DNA from: an uncultured bacterium
Lineage (GTDB): Bacteria > Hydrogenedentota > Hydrogenedentia > Hydrogenedentales > JAEUWI01
Length of the DNA: 27,812 bases
Direction: 5' to 3'
Assembly: GCA_963977445.1 (NCBI GenBank)
Contig: CAXBPH010000072.1
Coordinates: 1-27,812, forward strand
Shown: positions 27,791 to 27,812 of the stretch, piece after piece
Layout of the letters: each line of letters starts with the position of its first letter
Numbering within the stretch: the stretch's first letter is position 1
Notes under the pieces: model-generated
Database searches by the model: none
What the model saw: only the letters and a program-made list of their open reading frames with translations
Told to the model about the DNA's origin: nothing
Program-made: the position numbers and the translations under genes

Positions 27791-27812
27791 ATAAAGAAAT
27801 GAAGAAACGAAG

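Larger units (their letters stand above)
10084..27812. mobile_element. tRNA-integrated genomic island / integrative element with defence cargo; right end not seen in the window
   Basis: Tyrosine integrase about 240 nt after the tRNA 3' end, then an excisionase-like gene, a polymerase-like gene, a resolvase, a nuclease and BREX genes. Housekeeping genes stop abruptly at the tRNA. No duplicate of the tRNA 3' end was noticed by eye. Confidence 0.8.

Overview
The window has two parts. Positions ~1-10083 are bacterial housekeeping backbone: a minus-strand run tolA-like, tolB, smpB and a YbgC/4HBT-type thioesterase; a membrane GT-C-like plus GT2 glycosyltransferase pair; then dnaG, rpoD and a tRNA with a CAT anticodon (ileX-like). 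Directly after the tRNA 3' end a genomic island starts and appears to run past the right edge, since I saw no second att copy. The island begins with an att-arm-like region (IHF consensus, ATGATGCA repeats), a tyrosine integrase and a small excisionase-like protein. Next is a 474-aa protein with divergent family-A polymerase motifs (ELDYSGMHPR, RxxxK, IHDS), followed by a strongly skewed non-coding tract, several small unknown ORFs and a serine resolvase. The cargo looks defensive: a PLD(HKD)-nuclease/DUF4268-like gene divergent from a type-2 BREX (Pgl) operon, pglW then pglX. pglX carries a +1 frameshift near 24159 that one extra 5-bp GGGCC unit would repair, and a compositionally foreign central segment in the likely target-recognition region. 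A 5 x 33-bp palindromic array with an inverted partner lies between pglW and pglX, and both pgl genes end inside the same 14-bp repeat. The best candidate for an under-described system is the tRNA-integrated element that pairs a minimal PolA-fold polymerase with defence cargo. All family calls come from motif recognition by eye; no searches were run.
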